Origin: Mobula hypostoma
Lineage: Eukaryota
Assembly (NCBI RefSeq): GCF_963921235.1
Contig: NC_086097.1
Coordinates: 150,724,001-150,788,000, forward strand
DNA: 64,000 nucleotides
Direction of reading: 5' to 3'
Position 1 is the stretch's first letter, and each line of letters opens with the position of its first letter. Positions 26,755 through 39,126 of this stretch are shown here, in pieces. The notes beneath the pieces were generated by a model. That model was not told the DNA's origin and ran no database searches. It was given only the letters and a program-made list of their open reading frames with translations. Position numbers and translations under genes: made by a program.

Positions 26755-27191
26755 CCCATTGTATCTGACGATGACAGTGAAATCTGTGCACAAAGGTTTT
26801 TAAAAGTGGAAAAGCCATTGCGCTGGGACAGTTCTACTCTCGACCTTGGATGTCTGGGTCCAGTGGAATGAGTAATCGTAGATAACCATGACTTCTTCTG
26901 CACCTTATCATGCCTTCTGCTCTTCAAGTGTTGCAGAACTGCTTTCTGGACTGTTGGACCTCACTGTTGATCTCACCCGAAGCTGACTTTGCATGCCAGG
27001 ACAGGTATGTCCCAACTTCACCGGGGGTATGAGGCCCACCAGCTAACCTCAGCTGGTTAGCCCGCCTGTCGAAGTAGTGTCCCAGGATGAGGCCGCTGTC
27101 ACTACTTGGAAACACAGGTGAAAGCTGAGTATCCAGTGAGTACCATAGGTGAATGAGCTACTCCAGAGGTGCAACCCTTCTTGAACACCCT
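26755..27191 (-). mobile_element. RTE-type 5' UTR fragment beginning with a decayed HDV-like ribozyme
   Basis: HDV-order pairing elements are traceable at 27047-27191. The RTE assignment is inferred. Confidence 0.5.
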
Positions 27192-27197
27192 GTATAC

Positions 27198-27324
27198 ACA
27201 AAATAATCTGCAGATGCTGGGGTCAAAGCAACACTCACAACATGCTGGAGGAACTCAGCAGGTCGGGCAGCATCCTGGAAAAGATTGGTCGACGTTTCAG
27301 GCCGGAACCCTTCGTGTTGTGAGT
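27198..27324 (-). mobile_element. Penelope-like pLTR fragment with a short inversion
   Basis: CTGCAGATGCTGG...GTCGACGTTTCAGGCCGGAACCCTTCG, then TGTTGTGAGT, the inverse of ACTCACAACA. Confidence 0.75.
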
Positions 27325-29551
27325 ACAGCAGCATATGTTGGATGAATTACTCTGTTGGTAACCATTAGGAACCAACAATACAGTTTTATAGTACTTTATT
27401 AGCATTGATAGTATACTAATTTGTTCTGTATTTCATTTAAATACATAATTGTTACTCAGTTAAATATGCCTCCAACTGCCCCGAGACCTCATCCTTAATG
27501 ATCGACTCCAATCTCTTCCTAACTGCTGACATAAGACTAACTAGCCTATAATTTTCTTTCTTCTGCCTCTCTCCCAATTGTCCCAATTTAATGGACTTCA
27601 TTGTACTTGTTGTTTCTTTAAAAAGGAGTGTTCAAGTATGCCCTTTATCAAATTTCTACTCTCTTCTTTCCGTATTTTTATTCTATTGCTTAACTTCTAT
27701 ATTTTATTAGTTACCCAGCAAAAGACGAAGGTGAAGACCACAAAACTCCATTACTGATATTGGGCATTTCATCTGTTCAATGGCTTTAGGTCATTCTATT
27801 GAGTTCGCTTTTATACTTTTAATTTAAAAAAAGTCTATTCCCAACAACGATAAAATCTCAAGCGTTAAACATTGACTTCTAGCAAGCTTTGCATAGAATT
27901 TTTTCTTAAATCATTCACAAGATGCAGACGATTTCTGGTACGGTCAACATTTATTGTCCAGTTTCTGAAGTGGTGCCATTTGCTGTGGAGCTGAAATAAC
28001 CTGTACTATTACATGCAGTTTCAGAATTTTCTTCCAACAATGATATAGGAACTGTGACATATTTCCAAATCAAAACAGAAATGTGTCTGGAAGATGTTAT
28101 GTTTGCCCCGAAGCTTGCTATCCTCATCTTTTTAGGTGTGAGAGATTACTAACTTGCCAGATATTGTCAAGGAATCCTTGGCAATTTGCTGCAATGCATC
28201 TTGCAGAATTGAAGGATTTTAAATCTATGCCAGACGTCCATAAATAGTCAACTTAACGATGTCACCTGGACAATATTAACTTCAAAGATTTGCAAACCAC
28301 AAGTGACAGGGTTAAGTAAATGAAGGGTGCTATAATCTTTTAAGCAAAAATGTAGGTAATGGTTATTAGATAGGTATTATCAATTGCAGTAAAAAATCTA
28401 AAACTTATTTGTAAAAGCACCACTGTTAAGGTTTTACTATGTAATTTGGCTGTCAAACTCTGATTTTCTGGACCTCAACCATGACTCCTGCCACATAACT
28501 AAGCCACAACCTTGAAATCCCAGCTCACATTCTGGACTAATGAACGAGCCAGATGTTGAACCAACAGCATTTCTAAACAACTGAATGCTGGATTATTGAA
28601 GTTTTTCCAGTATGTTATAATGGTTGGACAGGTTCAACTAATCTTATGCTATTTATATAAACATATTATGTTAAGGTATTGGATTCTGTATTTTTCCCCA
28701 ATATGATAGGATCCTAAACAGATGGGTAAATAACAAAATGACAATGAAATGTTTTTGTACATTTAATGCTGTAGCAGAATTTCAAACAAATTTCTAAGTG
28801 TTTCACTCTTGCACCAATCACATGATTGATATTTTAATGACATCATTGCAAGCTCTAATTGACTCTTAATCAGCAGTTTTAATCACTCCTACAAGAATCT
28901 TCATTAACATTGTTGGAAGAAATTCCAATATAAAACAAGTCCATCTATTATCTTTGTACCCAAGCGTGACCACACTTTAACCAATCACCATTAACACTAG
29001 ACATCTGGTATACCTGTCCTAAACATAGATGATACTCCAGATTATACCCCAACAGGTCCATATTAAATTCTGACACCCCAATCATCAACTGATTATCACC
29101 TCAAAATGTCCACCCACTAGTGTTTAACTCCCACCTCAGCTTCTGATCAGCAGTTGACACACTACCTCCCATTCTCCCATGGCCATTTTCACTAGTTATG
29201 TTGATTCTGGAGGTCAAAGTGCACCAGTATTCCAACCAGAGGTGGTAATAGATTTTCTATTCTGAGAAGTGTAATATAAAAGAAAATGCAAGTCCAGTCC
29301 CAAGGCCTTGTCATTACCCAATATTACAACAATGGGTTAATAAAATTACATACCATTTCCTAGGAAACCATTTTGATCTTGTTCATAATGTTGCAAAAAC
29401 ATCTAAAGCACTTTTAAGTCAATATAAAAACCAAATCCAAGCCCAACGGAAACTATACTATAATTAGCTATTTTATGCAATACATATTAGCACAAATGCC
29501 ATGACCATTCAAGTGTTCATCATTTCAAGAGTTAACCTGTTAAAACTTCCA

Positions 29552-29769
29552 AACAACAGGAATTCTGCAGATGCTGGAAATTCAAGCAACATACACCAAA
29601 GTTGCTGGTGAACGCAGCAGGCCAAGCAGCATCTATAGGAAGAGGCGCAGTCGACGTTTCAGACCGAGACCCTTCGGACGAAGGGTCTCGGCCTGAAACG
29701 TCGACTGCGCCTCTTCCTATAGATGCTGCTTGGCCTGCTGCGTTCACCAGCAACTTTGATGTATGTTGT
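29552..29769. mobile_element. Penelope-like pLTR fold-back insertion
   Basis: 90-nt arms 29587-29676 and 29679-29768 (2 mismatches, 2-nt spacer). TSD CTGTTAAAACTTCCA at 29537-29551 and 29770-29784. Confidence 0.9.
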
Positions 29770-32700
29770 CTGTTAAAACTTCCATCAGCTTACATGCTCC
29801 TTTCCTGTATCCAAAGCTCATTGTTACTACATATAGCAACTTCTCCAGAACAGAATTTATTACTGCAATGCTAAATTTTATGTCCTTAAAAACAGTGGCG
29901 CTTTTCACTGTGACAATGGCAGGCAGAGCTTGCTTGCACATATTAAGGTCTTAGTTACTCTCAGTTGCTACATTTAGCAAGCCGTGCCACTCCTGAAACA
30001 AACACTATTTGAATTTTGTTGTGGGAGATGACTAGGCCTTTAAGCAAAATGATTCAGGGATGTGCTCAAACCTTCCTTGAAGATGTGCAATATCCCCACT
30101 GACCTCTGGCTCATGGCTGCTCAAAGTGAATTTGTAGTATTTGGAATGGTATTGAGAATATTCTAAGAACATTCATTGTACATACTCAAGAATTGTAACT
30201 TTCTCCTGTAAATTAGTAAGAGAATCAAAATCATATGGTACAGAAACATGCAATTTGCCCCACCATATTCACACCAACAATCAAACATCCATTTACCACC
30301 CTACCCATGTTCCCATCAAGTACCCCTAGATCCTGCCAGTTATCCACTTACTAGAGACAATTTACAGTGGCTAATTAACTTACCAACCCATATCTTTAGG
30401 ATATGGAGGAAACCACAGCACCCAGAGGAAATCTATGATCACCGGAAAAAAAAACATACATACTCCACATGAACATCAAAGGTAATAATTGCTTGGATCA
30501 CTAGCACAGTGAGACAGCAGCTCTTTGAATCACACCACTAAGATGCCCAAAACTATCCACATACAACGTGTAATACAGTGAAATGCTAAAGCAAAGTCTG
30601 GATGGAAATAAAATACATAACAGGAAGGCACTTCTTGGCATTTTCAAAATCTTTATTTGATAGTAAATTCAAATAAAGGTTTCCTCACAAGTAGTGAACT
30701 CCTAGTGTTCCATTTCTTCAAAATATTACAAATAATCATGACTGTTTGAAAGCTAGGCATGTAACTGTTTCTGAGCCATATCTGTCTTTCCAAGAGAGTT
30801 TTTAGGGCAGAGTCAGTTTATCTACTTAATGAAAATGTACATTTGCTGAATTTCAATTAGACTAATCTCAAAACACACAGTAGAAATCCCCAGAGAGGGT
30901 TTCTTGGGCCTTCGATGATCCTTCAATAAGTCTTTAACACCAACTGAACAGTCATTACAATGTGTAGCAATAGTTATTCCAACAAAGTAGTGATGGCCTT
31001 TTGTTGTTGCTCACACAAAGGAACAGTACTACAGCAGAATGTGGGCACAGCCTATGAAGTTTTTACTAGTCATTATTCCATGAGCCACAATTTTATCATC
31101 TCAGTGGCCCAACTATTTCATACATTTCCCTTTTCAAGCAATGACTTCATGAACCTTTCAACTAAGGTATAGATAAGACCTGGAACAATGACAGAGCAAA
31201 CAGAAAATATTTTCTTGGGTAATGACTATTTTGTATTTATTATGAAAATAAACATGATTAAAGTGTATTTGACTCCACTAACAATCATCATAGTTTACAC
31301 CATTCTACTAGCATACAAACTGCAATCATCCTCACAGATTTAATCAACTTCAGAATTCCACTAAGCTTCAACAAATAACTCAATAAACAGGAATAAATAT
31401 ACTCATTGAAGCACAAACAAATAGAGCATTATAGCTGTAACAAGAGTCTTTTTCTATAGCAGGTTCTCTCAAACAGCACAATGGTCTTTAAAAAGTAGGA
31501 TACATTTAAATTCAAGTTTTCTAATGAATTTATGATGGCAATCCAAATGGGTAACACACACATTTTGTGAACCTGCTTGTGAAACTGTAAGCACAGATGC
31601 AGGAAACAAAGACCCTAGTTAGTTTTCCAACACTGGAGGGGAGATGTCTTATCTTTATCGGTATGCTGCAAAAAAAAGTATACTTGTCTGGCATTTCCTT
31701 CTGACCCCACCCTACACTAAACTGGAAGTTGAATCTGTAGTGAACAAAACACAATCAAAAGAACCATAATATGGAAGAGAGTCATACAGCCAGGCACATC
31801 TCCATGTGGACGATTTCATCAGTCCCATTTCCCGACTCGTTTCCTACAGCCCTGGAATTTGTTCTAAAGTTCTATTGAATCTCTTTAATTTGTTGACTCC
31901 ATTTCCACTGCTCTAACAGATAGCAGATATTGTACCACATCATCATTCTCACATTCTCTTTGCATCATTTAACTTGTTTCCCTGTTCCTTGAACCATCAG
32001 CCAGTGGAACAGCTTCACTCTTCCCTCTGTTGGCTAAATTTGTAGTCACAATCTTTTATATCACATCCAATTAAATATTTGATACTACTTCATCTTAGCT
32101 GTCCCACTTCATCCCATCCAATTTGCCCATCTTCAATTTCTACTTTAGATTTCTCACTTACTTTCCTTCCCCCCCCCAACCAAACCTCATCAACTGATGA
32201 CTACTACTGCTCAAGTGCATTTTCTACCCCCACATACATGTGGTTAATTTAACCCACCACAGGCCTGAAAATAAGATCCAACAAAGCCTCCATTTTCATA
32301 CTGATCAAGAAAGTCCGCCTTAAGTCATTTTCCTCTAAAATTATTCCAATTAACATAGGGTAACTGAAATTACCCAATATCACTACTCCTTAGCTCTGGC
32401 ATTTTCAATAAATTTACTCATCTCTACTTTTCCCATTACTTGATGCCTTATAGAATATACATAGCTTGACAGCTTCATTCTAACATTTCAAGAATTTACC
32501 ACGTTCAGCAGTACAACATCCTCCTTGATTAGTATCACCACCCTTATCACTCCTTCCCTACCTTCTGTAAAAGCCTTGTGACAAATTAAATGCTCAGTTA
32601 TATCTTTTGACTTGTATAATTCCACTAAGCCTATGCATTTGTAACTCAACTTTATTCACTATACTGCACATATATAAACACATGCAATCTATTTTCACAT

Positions 32701-33329
32701 TCGGTGTAATCTGTTCCTAATACTGCACTGCTTCCTTCCCCATTGTCATGTAACAGTCCCATCCTTTTGTGCACCTTGTTCCTTTTAAACCTGAAGTATG
32801 TTGGCATCTATTCTCAGCCAGTTTAATTTAACACTCTGAAATCAGACAACTTTACTTTTAAAATGCAGCTCATCCATCTGCACAACAACCTACAATGTTA
32901 AAGTGTGCTAGGGTACTATAAAAAACAAAAGCTCTCCCTCCTGCACCAGGTCTTTACCTAAACATTCATCTGACTGACCTATTTCCATTCTTACTAGTAC
33001 ATAATACCAGGATAAATACAGTGATTACCTTTGCCCACTTGATAATCTCTTCCTGTCCAACGTACCCAATGGTTAATGTTGCAATTTGCATGCTACCATG
33101 GAGCAAGCATAGCATTCCAAAGTTCTTTCCGGTTGATGCATAGTGTCAAAGAAGCAATTAATGCTTGCCATAAGGATAGCTTCAAAGACTTCCTCAATCT
33201 CATGAGAAATCATGAACTCTATCCCACAACAGCTTATTCAGGTGACCTTTGCTACCACTCTAGACCAATTTCGAACAAAATATTACAAAGATTTCAGGAA
33301 ATTATATTCCTGCTGAAATCTTAAAACTC

Positions 33330-33870
33330 AGTAGTGAAAATCATTAGTCACAAAGCCACTGCCTCTCTGACAACATGTGGTGTGGGAAGAAAATTATGTT
33401 CCAAGGGACCTTCTGAAATGCTATAACCATGACCAAGTAGATATCAGACCTTGGTAACTGCAGAGGGGGCTCCCTGCTCTTTCTGCAGAGAAAGTCATTA
33501 ACAGCATCTTCCTCAACATCTACTACCTGTAGCTGAAGAGCTGCTCTTCAAGTATAGATTCCATCCCTCCAAAAGTGCAGTAGACAAGATCTTCACCCAG
33601 TAACAAATGCAGTAAAAATGCAGAGTGCAGCAGCCATCAGCCTGATATTTACTGATTGATCTATAACAGAACCATTCCTAATGTATGTGCCAAGCAAAAC
33701 TACATAATTGCCTCATCACATTGCCGAATCTTTCTTAACAGTACTGTTTCTCATCTCGACCACATTTCCTGTGCAAGTGAAGCTAATCTTCAGAACTGAT
33801 GGGAAACTGTTCAACACAGAGTCTCAACTCCAGAACCAAGACTACTCAAGCCTCAGTAGAGATGCAAAAG
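33330..33870 (+). mobile_element. Degenerate RTE-clade LINE RT fragment
   Basis: Encodes VKLIFRTDGKLFN near 33777-33815, an RTE/BovB-like motif. Confidence 0.65.
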
Positions 33871-34291
33871 TCAGAAAATAAACATTTTATAAATTAATAA
33901 ACCTTACTCTATAGGGCTTAAATACATGTTTGAGGCGAAAGAATGAATGAAACATTAGGAAAGAGTGTTAAGGTATTCCTACTAGAATCAGTTGAAGCCT
34001 GTACCTAATGACATTGATAGGAAAGTACATAAATTAGTTTATTCAAAAAAATTAGGACGCAGCGATGGAATGAAAGGCACAACTCCAAAATCTGTCACAG
34101 AAAATGAACCAAATGGCCCATTTTAGTAAAATATTCAGTCTTTGAAATCTCCTTTATTAAAAGGAAAGATAGGAACCTAATCTTAGGAACAGAAAAACAA
34201 ATAACAGGGATTTTATCTGATAGAAGATGCAAGGCTAAAGAGGTTTCAATTGCAGCCTTCAAGAGAAAATAATTTAAGCAAAAGGATGAGA

Positions 34292-34956
34292 CAGGTCGAG
34301 TCCCCTTATCCAAAATTACAAAATCTGAAATCCAGACGAATTCTTTTTTTTTGCTGACATGAAGTCACAAATGGAAAATTCTACCAGGTGCAGGGAAGGT
34401 TCCCAGCTGATGCAGATGTCTCTGTGCACCACAGACAGTTGAGAATTGACCTTACATATGTAATGAACAGAAGTTAATGAAAAATAGAATACACTGCATG
34501 AAGCAAAAAATAAAGATCCCGATCGTGTATTCGTCAGTGTCACAGTGAACATGTGCTGTTAACGGTATGCTGATCATGAAGCAAGCAAAGTTCTATCACC
34601 GCAAACTGAAAACTGAAGGCAAGTGTGAATATTCAGAAGGCTGGTTGCAGAAACTTAAGTAAAGGTATGGCATTAAAGTTTTAAACATCTGTGGCGATAA
34701 AGTGTCTGCTGATCGCAAAGCAGCAGAGAAATTCATTGATGAGTTCGCCAAGATCATCGACGATTAAAATCTAACACACTGAATTGCCGCATCAGTATGT
34801 CTGATGAACGACAGCAAGACAAAGAGTGCTTCCCGGTAGTATAAGAATTCAGTCAGAAATGATGGCAATCCCCAACTATTTTATTATTTATTCCAATGTC
34901 TGAAAAAATGTGACGCTTCTGGCCCCATGCATTTCGGATAAGGGGTCTTCAACCCG
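34292..34956 (+). mobile_element. Tigger-type transposon remnant
   Basis: TIR-like CAGGTCGAGTCCCCTTATCCAAAAT / ATTTCGGATAAGGGGTCTTCAACCCG. Encodes EYSEGWLQKL...GIKVLNICGDKVSADRKAAEKFIDEF. Confidence 0.85.
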
Positions 34957-35593
34957 CATATTAAAGATAGCTTAAATGCATGTCCTTTAGCAACTGTGTA
35001 AATGCTGCAATCAGAAGTCCAAAGATAGCAAAATTCAAAGAATTGAAAAGCTGTCATCTAAAATTTATTGGAATCTTATTTAAAGGTAGCATACTTTAAA
35101 ACACATGGCACACCTAAGAGTTGATGGTATTTGAATGAGAAACCAAATGGTCATTTTAATCTACATTTTAACATTCCGTGACATTATAATCAAACTCAGT
35201 CCAGTTTGTACCAGATGGCTATACTGTGTATCTAATAAAAGAAATTGAATAATAATTAGAATTGTTTTATTGTTAATTTTTCCTTCCGCCACCTTGAAAG
35301 ATACAGAAGCCAACATAATATTTCTCGATTTAACAGCAACCTTGACATGATTTACTACTGACGGCACTCTTGAATTCCCTTGATTTCTTGAGGCAATCAT
35401 ATTCTATAATGAGTTAGGCAAGAATTTGCTTGAAATAAAGATACAGCAATGTGCTCAAATCAAGATGGTATGCTGATATGGGAGAGCCTCTGGCAGCAAC
35501 TCCAATCAATCAACTGCTCCACTCTTACTATAATTGAGCTTTTAACTCAGCTCAGTTGTTAGTTTTCCATTACAGCTCTCATAAGACACAAGA

Positions 35594-37142
35594 CAGTGGT
35601 CCCCAACCACTGGGCCGCAAAGCATGTGCTACCGGGCCGCGAGGAAACATTATTATTTGGCGGTATGAAGCGATATGAGTCAGCTGTACCTTTCCTCATT
35701 CCCTGTCATGTCCACTGCTGAACTTGAACGTACGCGAGGTCATCAGTCAGTATGAGTAAAAAACAAATGTCGCTCGAGTGTTTCTTTGGAAGAGGTGGAA
35801 GGGGACATAAAAGGCCTAATGATTGATGGTAACGCAGAGAGCTGAGGCAGAGACTGCGAAAAAAAAGCTTCCTTCAACAGAAAATATGACAAGTCGTACA
35901 TAAAATATGGCTTTATTGCAACCGTTAACTCGCACCCTCCAAGCCCCGTGTGTGATATGTGGAGACAAGCTGTCTAATGAGGCAATGAAGCCCTCAAAAC
36001 TGCTTCGGCAACTTGAGTCAAAGCACCCTGCACTTAAAGACAAACCTGTTGAGTTTTTTGAGGGGGAAAAAACATGAGCAAGCGGGACAGAAGCAAGTGC
36101 TGAGATCAACCACCTCCACAAATGCTGCTGCTCGAGAGCGTCGTACTTAGTGGCTATCTGTGTGACATCTTCAACATGCTCAATGAACTCAGTTTGTCAC
36201 TTCAGGGGAGAATGACAACTGCCTTCAAGTTGGCAGATAGTGTCTGCTTTCAAAGCCAAACTGGAACTGTGGGGACGACGAGTGGACAGGGGCATTTTGA
36301 CTTGTTCCCAATATTAACTGGGATTTTGGGAGAGACTGAGGCTGCACCGTCTTTCTCACAGCTGGTGCGCGATCACCTAACTTCGTTATCGGCAGAATTT
36401 GAGTGTTACTTCCCAACCGCAAATGACCCAGGACGTGCAAAGGAATGGTTCCGTGACCCATTTGTGAATGTCCCCGGTGAATCATCCATGTCAGTGCAGG
36501 AAGAAGATCAACTCGTCGAGCTTGCAAATGACCGTGGGCTGAAAAGTATGTTTGACATAACATCTCTGCCGGCATTCTGGATCAAAGTCAAGGCTGAATA
36601 TCCTGAGATAGCCACAAAAGCACTGAAAACGTTGCTTCCATTTCCAACATCATATCTCTGCGATAATCTCTGTGAATGCAACGAAAACTAAACTGCGGAA
36701 TAGATTGGACATAAGGAACCCCTTTAGAGTATCGCTGTCTCCCATCACCCTCGATGAGACCAGCTTGCTGCAGGGAAACAAGCCCAGGGCTCCCACTGAT
36801 TCACCGATATTGGTGTGTTGCAATGATTTTATATGTTCATACGAGGAAAATATGCGCTGTGTCTCTAATATCCAAACGTTACTTAAAATGTTATAATGCT
36901 TATAATTGACTTATCACTATATTCATGGGAGGAAAATAGGCACTGTGTGTTTAATATTAAATTCGTTAGATAAACCCTTTCAGAAACAAAATTGCGTGTA
37001 TTATTAGCCACTTATAAGTAACTTATAGTTTCACTATATTCCTGTCGTAATTAACACCCCCCCCACCCCCCAGTCAGCCGGTCCGCAAGAATATTGTCAA
37101 TATTAAACCAGTCCGCGGTGCAAAAATGGTTGGGGACCCCTG
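35594..37142 (+). mobile_element. hAT (Charlie/Buster-type) transposon, internally deleted
   Basis: TIRs CAGTGGTCCCCAACC / GGTTGGGGACCCCTG; TSD ACACAAGA/CCACAAGA. A BED finger (CVICGDKLSNEAMKPSKLLRQLESKHP) is joined to the C-terminal dimerisation domain (FWIKVKAEYPEIATKALKTLLPFPTSYLC). Confidence 0.95.
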
Positions 37143-37457
37143 CCACAAGATACATTGCCTAAGAGGCAAGTTGCATAGTGGACTATGTTTTCCATAATCT
37201 CTGCACTGGTACAGTGTAATGGAAATTATGCCATGAAGAAGTCCCTTGTATCCAAAATCTTGGCTTGCATGCAAACGGGGATGAATAGGCCATTAGAGAG
37301 ATCAGCTAATGCAGCTGATGAAGATTGTATGGCTAGGTGCAATAATGTAGGTAACAAGTCAGTGGACATTTAATTAAAACAAAATACTTTGTGATCAATT
37401 GGTCCAATGATTATTAGTTTTCATTTATTTCTGAATCTTACATTTTCTTCAATGTTA

Positions 37458-37661
37458 ATCCAGCCGGCTCCCCTACGCGCTTTCTATCCGTGTTGGGTTA
37501 CGAGCTGGTGATCTCTTTGGAAACTCACCCAGCAGAAGGCAATGGCAAACCACTGCTGTAACTTGCCTCGTACACGGTTCCCCACTACGTCAGAGAGGCG
37601 TGGAGGGAAATCGTCCGCTAACCGGAGAAACTCCAGATGCGATGTACCTTTCCTTTCCTTT
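37458..37661 (+). mobile_element. 5'-truncated RTE-related SINE
   Basis: Body homologous to the 19581-19742 SINE, GAAGGCAATGGCAAACCACT motif, (CCTTT)3 tail, CpG-rich. Confidence 0.65.
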
Positions 37662-38008
37662 ACTTCTTTGGGAATAAACCCTGTTCCCTAGTTAGCTTTG
37701 GAATTTGTGGAGTGTTAAATTAACTGCTCTTCAGATTTCAAGGCTAGTTTTCCCCCATATCAAAAAAAAGCATGCAGGCTACACAGTCAAAACAGCAACA
37801 GTGGTTTAAAAACAAACTAGATCTTACAATATTAGCATGTAAAGTGCATAGAAAAGACAAAGTTTGCACACATATATCACAGACATTAAATTTCAAGAAC
37901 ATTTCCAAGTTCTGATAATTATGCAATAGATTAACAATGGTATGCAACAGTAGAAATACACAAGTAGCTCACACTTGACCAGAAACAAGTCAAACATAAC
38001 GGATAGAA

Positions 38009-38088
38009 CAAGGGTTCCCAACCTTTTTTATGCCACAGAGCCTTACCAGTAACCGAGGGGTCCATGGACCCCAGGATGGGAACCACTG
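38009..38088. mobile_element. 80-bp hAT-type MITE
   Basis: Termini CAAGGGTTCCCAACCT...AGGATGGGAACCACTG. Confidence 0.7.
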
Positions 38089-38289
38089 AATGACAGGAAG
38101 CATAAAACGAACTGCAAATACTTTTAACTATTGAACGAAAAGTACTCACTTAAGTTAAGGCAAGAAATCTGGATCATCATACAAGTGGATTTTTTTTTAA
38201 ACTGGAATGATGACCCAAGATTTAGTTGCCAGTAAAGTAGAGAAAGCAAATTTCAAAAAGAACACAATGGCATATTGCCCTTCATGTTA

Positions 38290-38640
38290 TCAATGTATTT
38301 GAAGATAAATAAATGATTTCTAGATTGCAACGGCCAATTTGAGAAGAACAAATAAATCACCCGTAAACTTACCTTAATTGACGTAGACTGGAGAATAAAA
38401 TTAGCAAGGACATCACAGAAACTTCGAGATCTTCTTCAGAAATGGCTCAAGATCTTTTGCAATACCTGAAGAGGTAAATAGGGCTCAGATTAAAACTAAA
38501 TAAAAAGAAACACCATCTATGAAACATACTTGAATAAAGCACTGAACTTCAGGTCTAGACAATGAGCCTCAGATGCCATGGACTTTGAAACCATAACTTC
38601 TACTTACTTGTGAATATACTACCAGAGACAAGTAATGCTA
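38290..38640 (+). mobile_element. Ancient Deu-domain SINE (AmnSINE/SacSINE-like); similar relics at about 45280-45570 and 57160-57360
   Basis: AGGACATCACAGAAACTTC..TCTTCTTCAGAAATGGCTCAAGATCTTTT..ACCTGAAGAGG resembles the Deu-SINE core. Recognised by eye only. Confidence 0.5.
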
Positions 38641-38998
38641 GATCTTAAGTGCCACTAGTACGTAAAGGTTAGGAGGTATATAAAAATACATGCACCAGAA
38701 ACAAAACAATGTCCTTGTCAGGAGAATGCAATTACGCAAGAGGTTTGCAAGATAACATGATAAAATAGTCATGATAAAAGTGACTTATGATTTGAGTTAC
38801 ACACAGCTACTTATGTGCTAGGCATGAGACAATTTCATGATGTACATATAACTCACCCTAAAGATGCAGCATCGCACATAATAGCTCCATTTTTACCTCC
38901 AATGCTCTTAATACAAAGGCCAATGATTGGAAACTAAAGAGACAGACAAGGTTATTTAGAGTTCAGATGTTTTGGGAATCAAAAGAAAGTGGAATTCA

Positions 38999-39126
38999 AG
39001 CAACACACATAAAAGTTGCTGGTGAACGCAGCAGGCCAGGCAGCATCTCTAGGAAGAGGTGCAGTCGAAGTTTCAGGCCGAGACCCTTCGTCAGGACTAA
39101 CTGAAGGAAGAGTGAGTAAGGGATTT
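38999..39126 (-). mobile_element. Penelope-like pLTR fragment with a hammerhead variant (39063-39098)
   Basis: TSD GAAAGTGGAATTCA at 38985-38998 and 39127-39140. The minus strand reads AGTC-CTGACGA-AGGGTCTCGGCCT-GAAA-CTTC-GACT. Confidence 0.85.

Larger units (their letters stand above)
23968..27603. mobile_element. Tigger-like non-autonomous element split by several nested insertions
   Basis: Starts TA-CAGTGGATTCTGGTTAAT and ends TTTAATGGACTTCATTG-TA. The sequence appears to resume across the inserts. Confidence 0.55.

Noticed and set aside
29532..29874. Mirror-image ORFs on both strands
   Set aside because: An artefact of the palindromic pLTR insertion.
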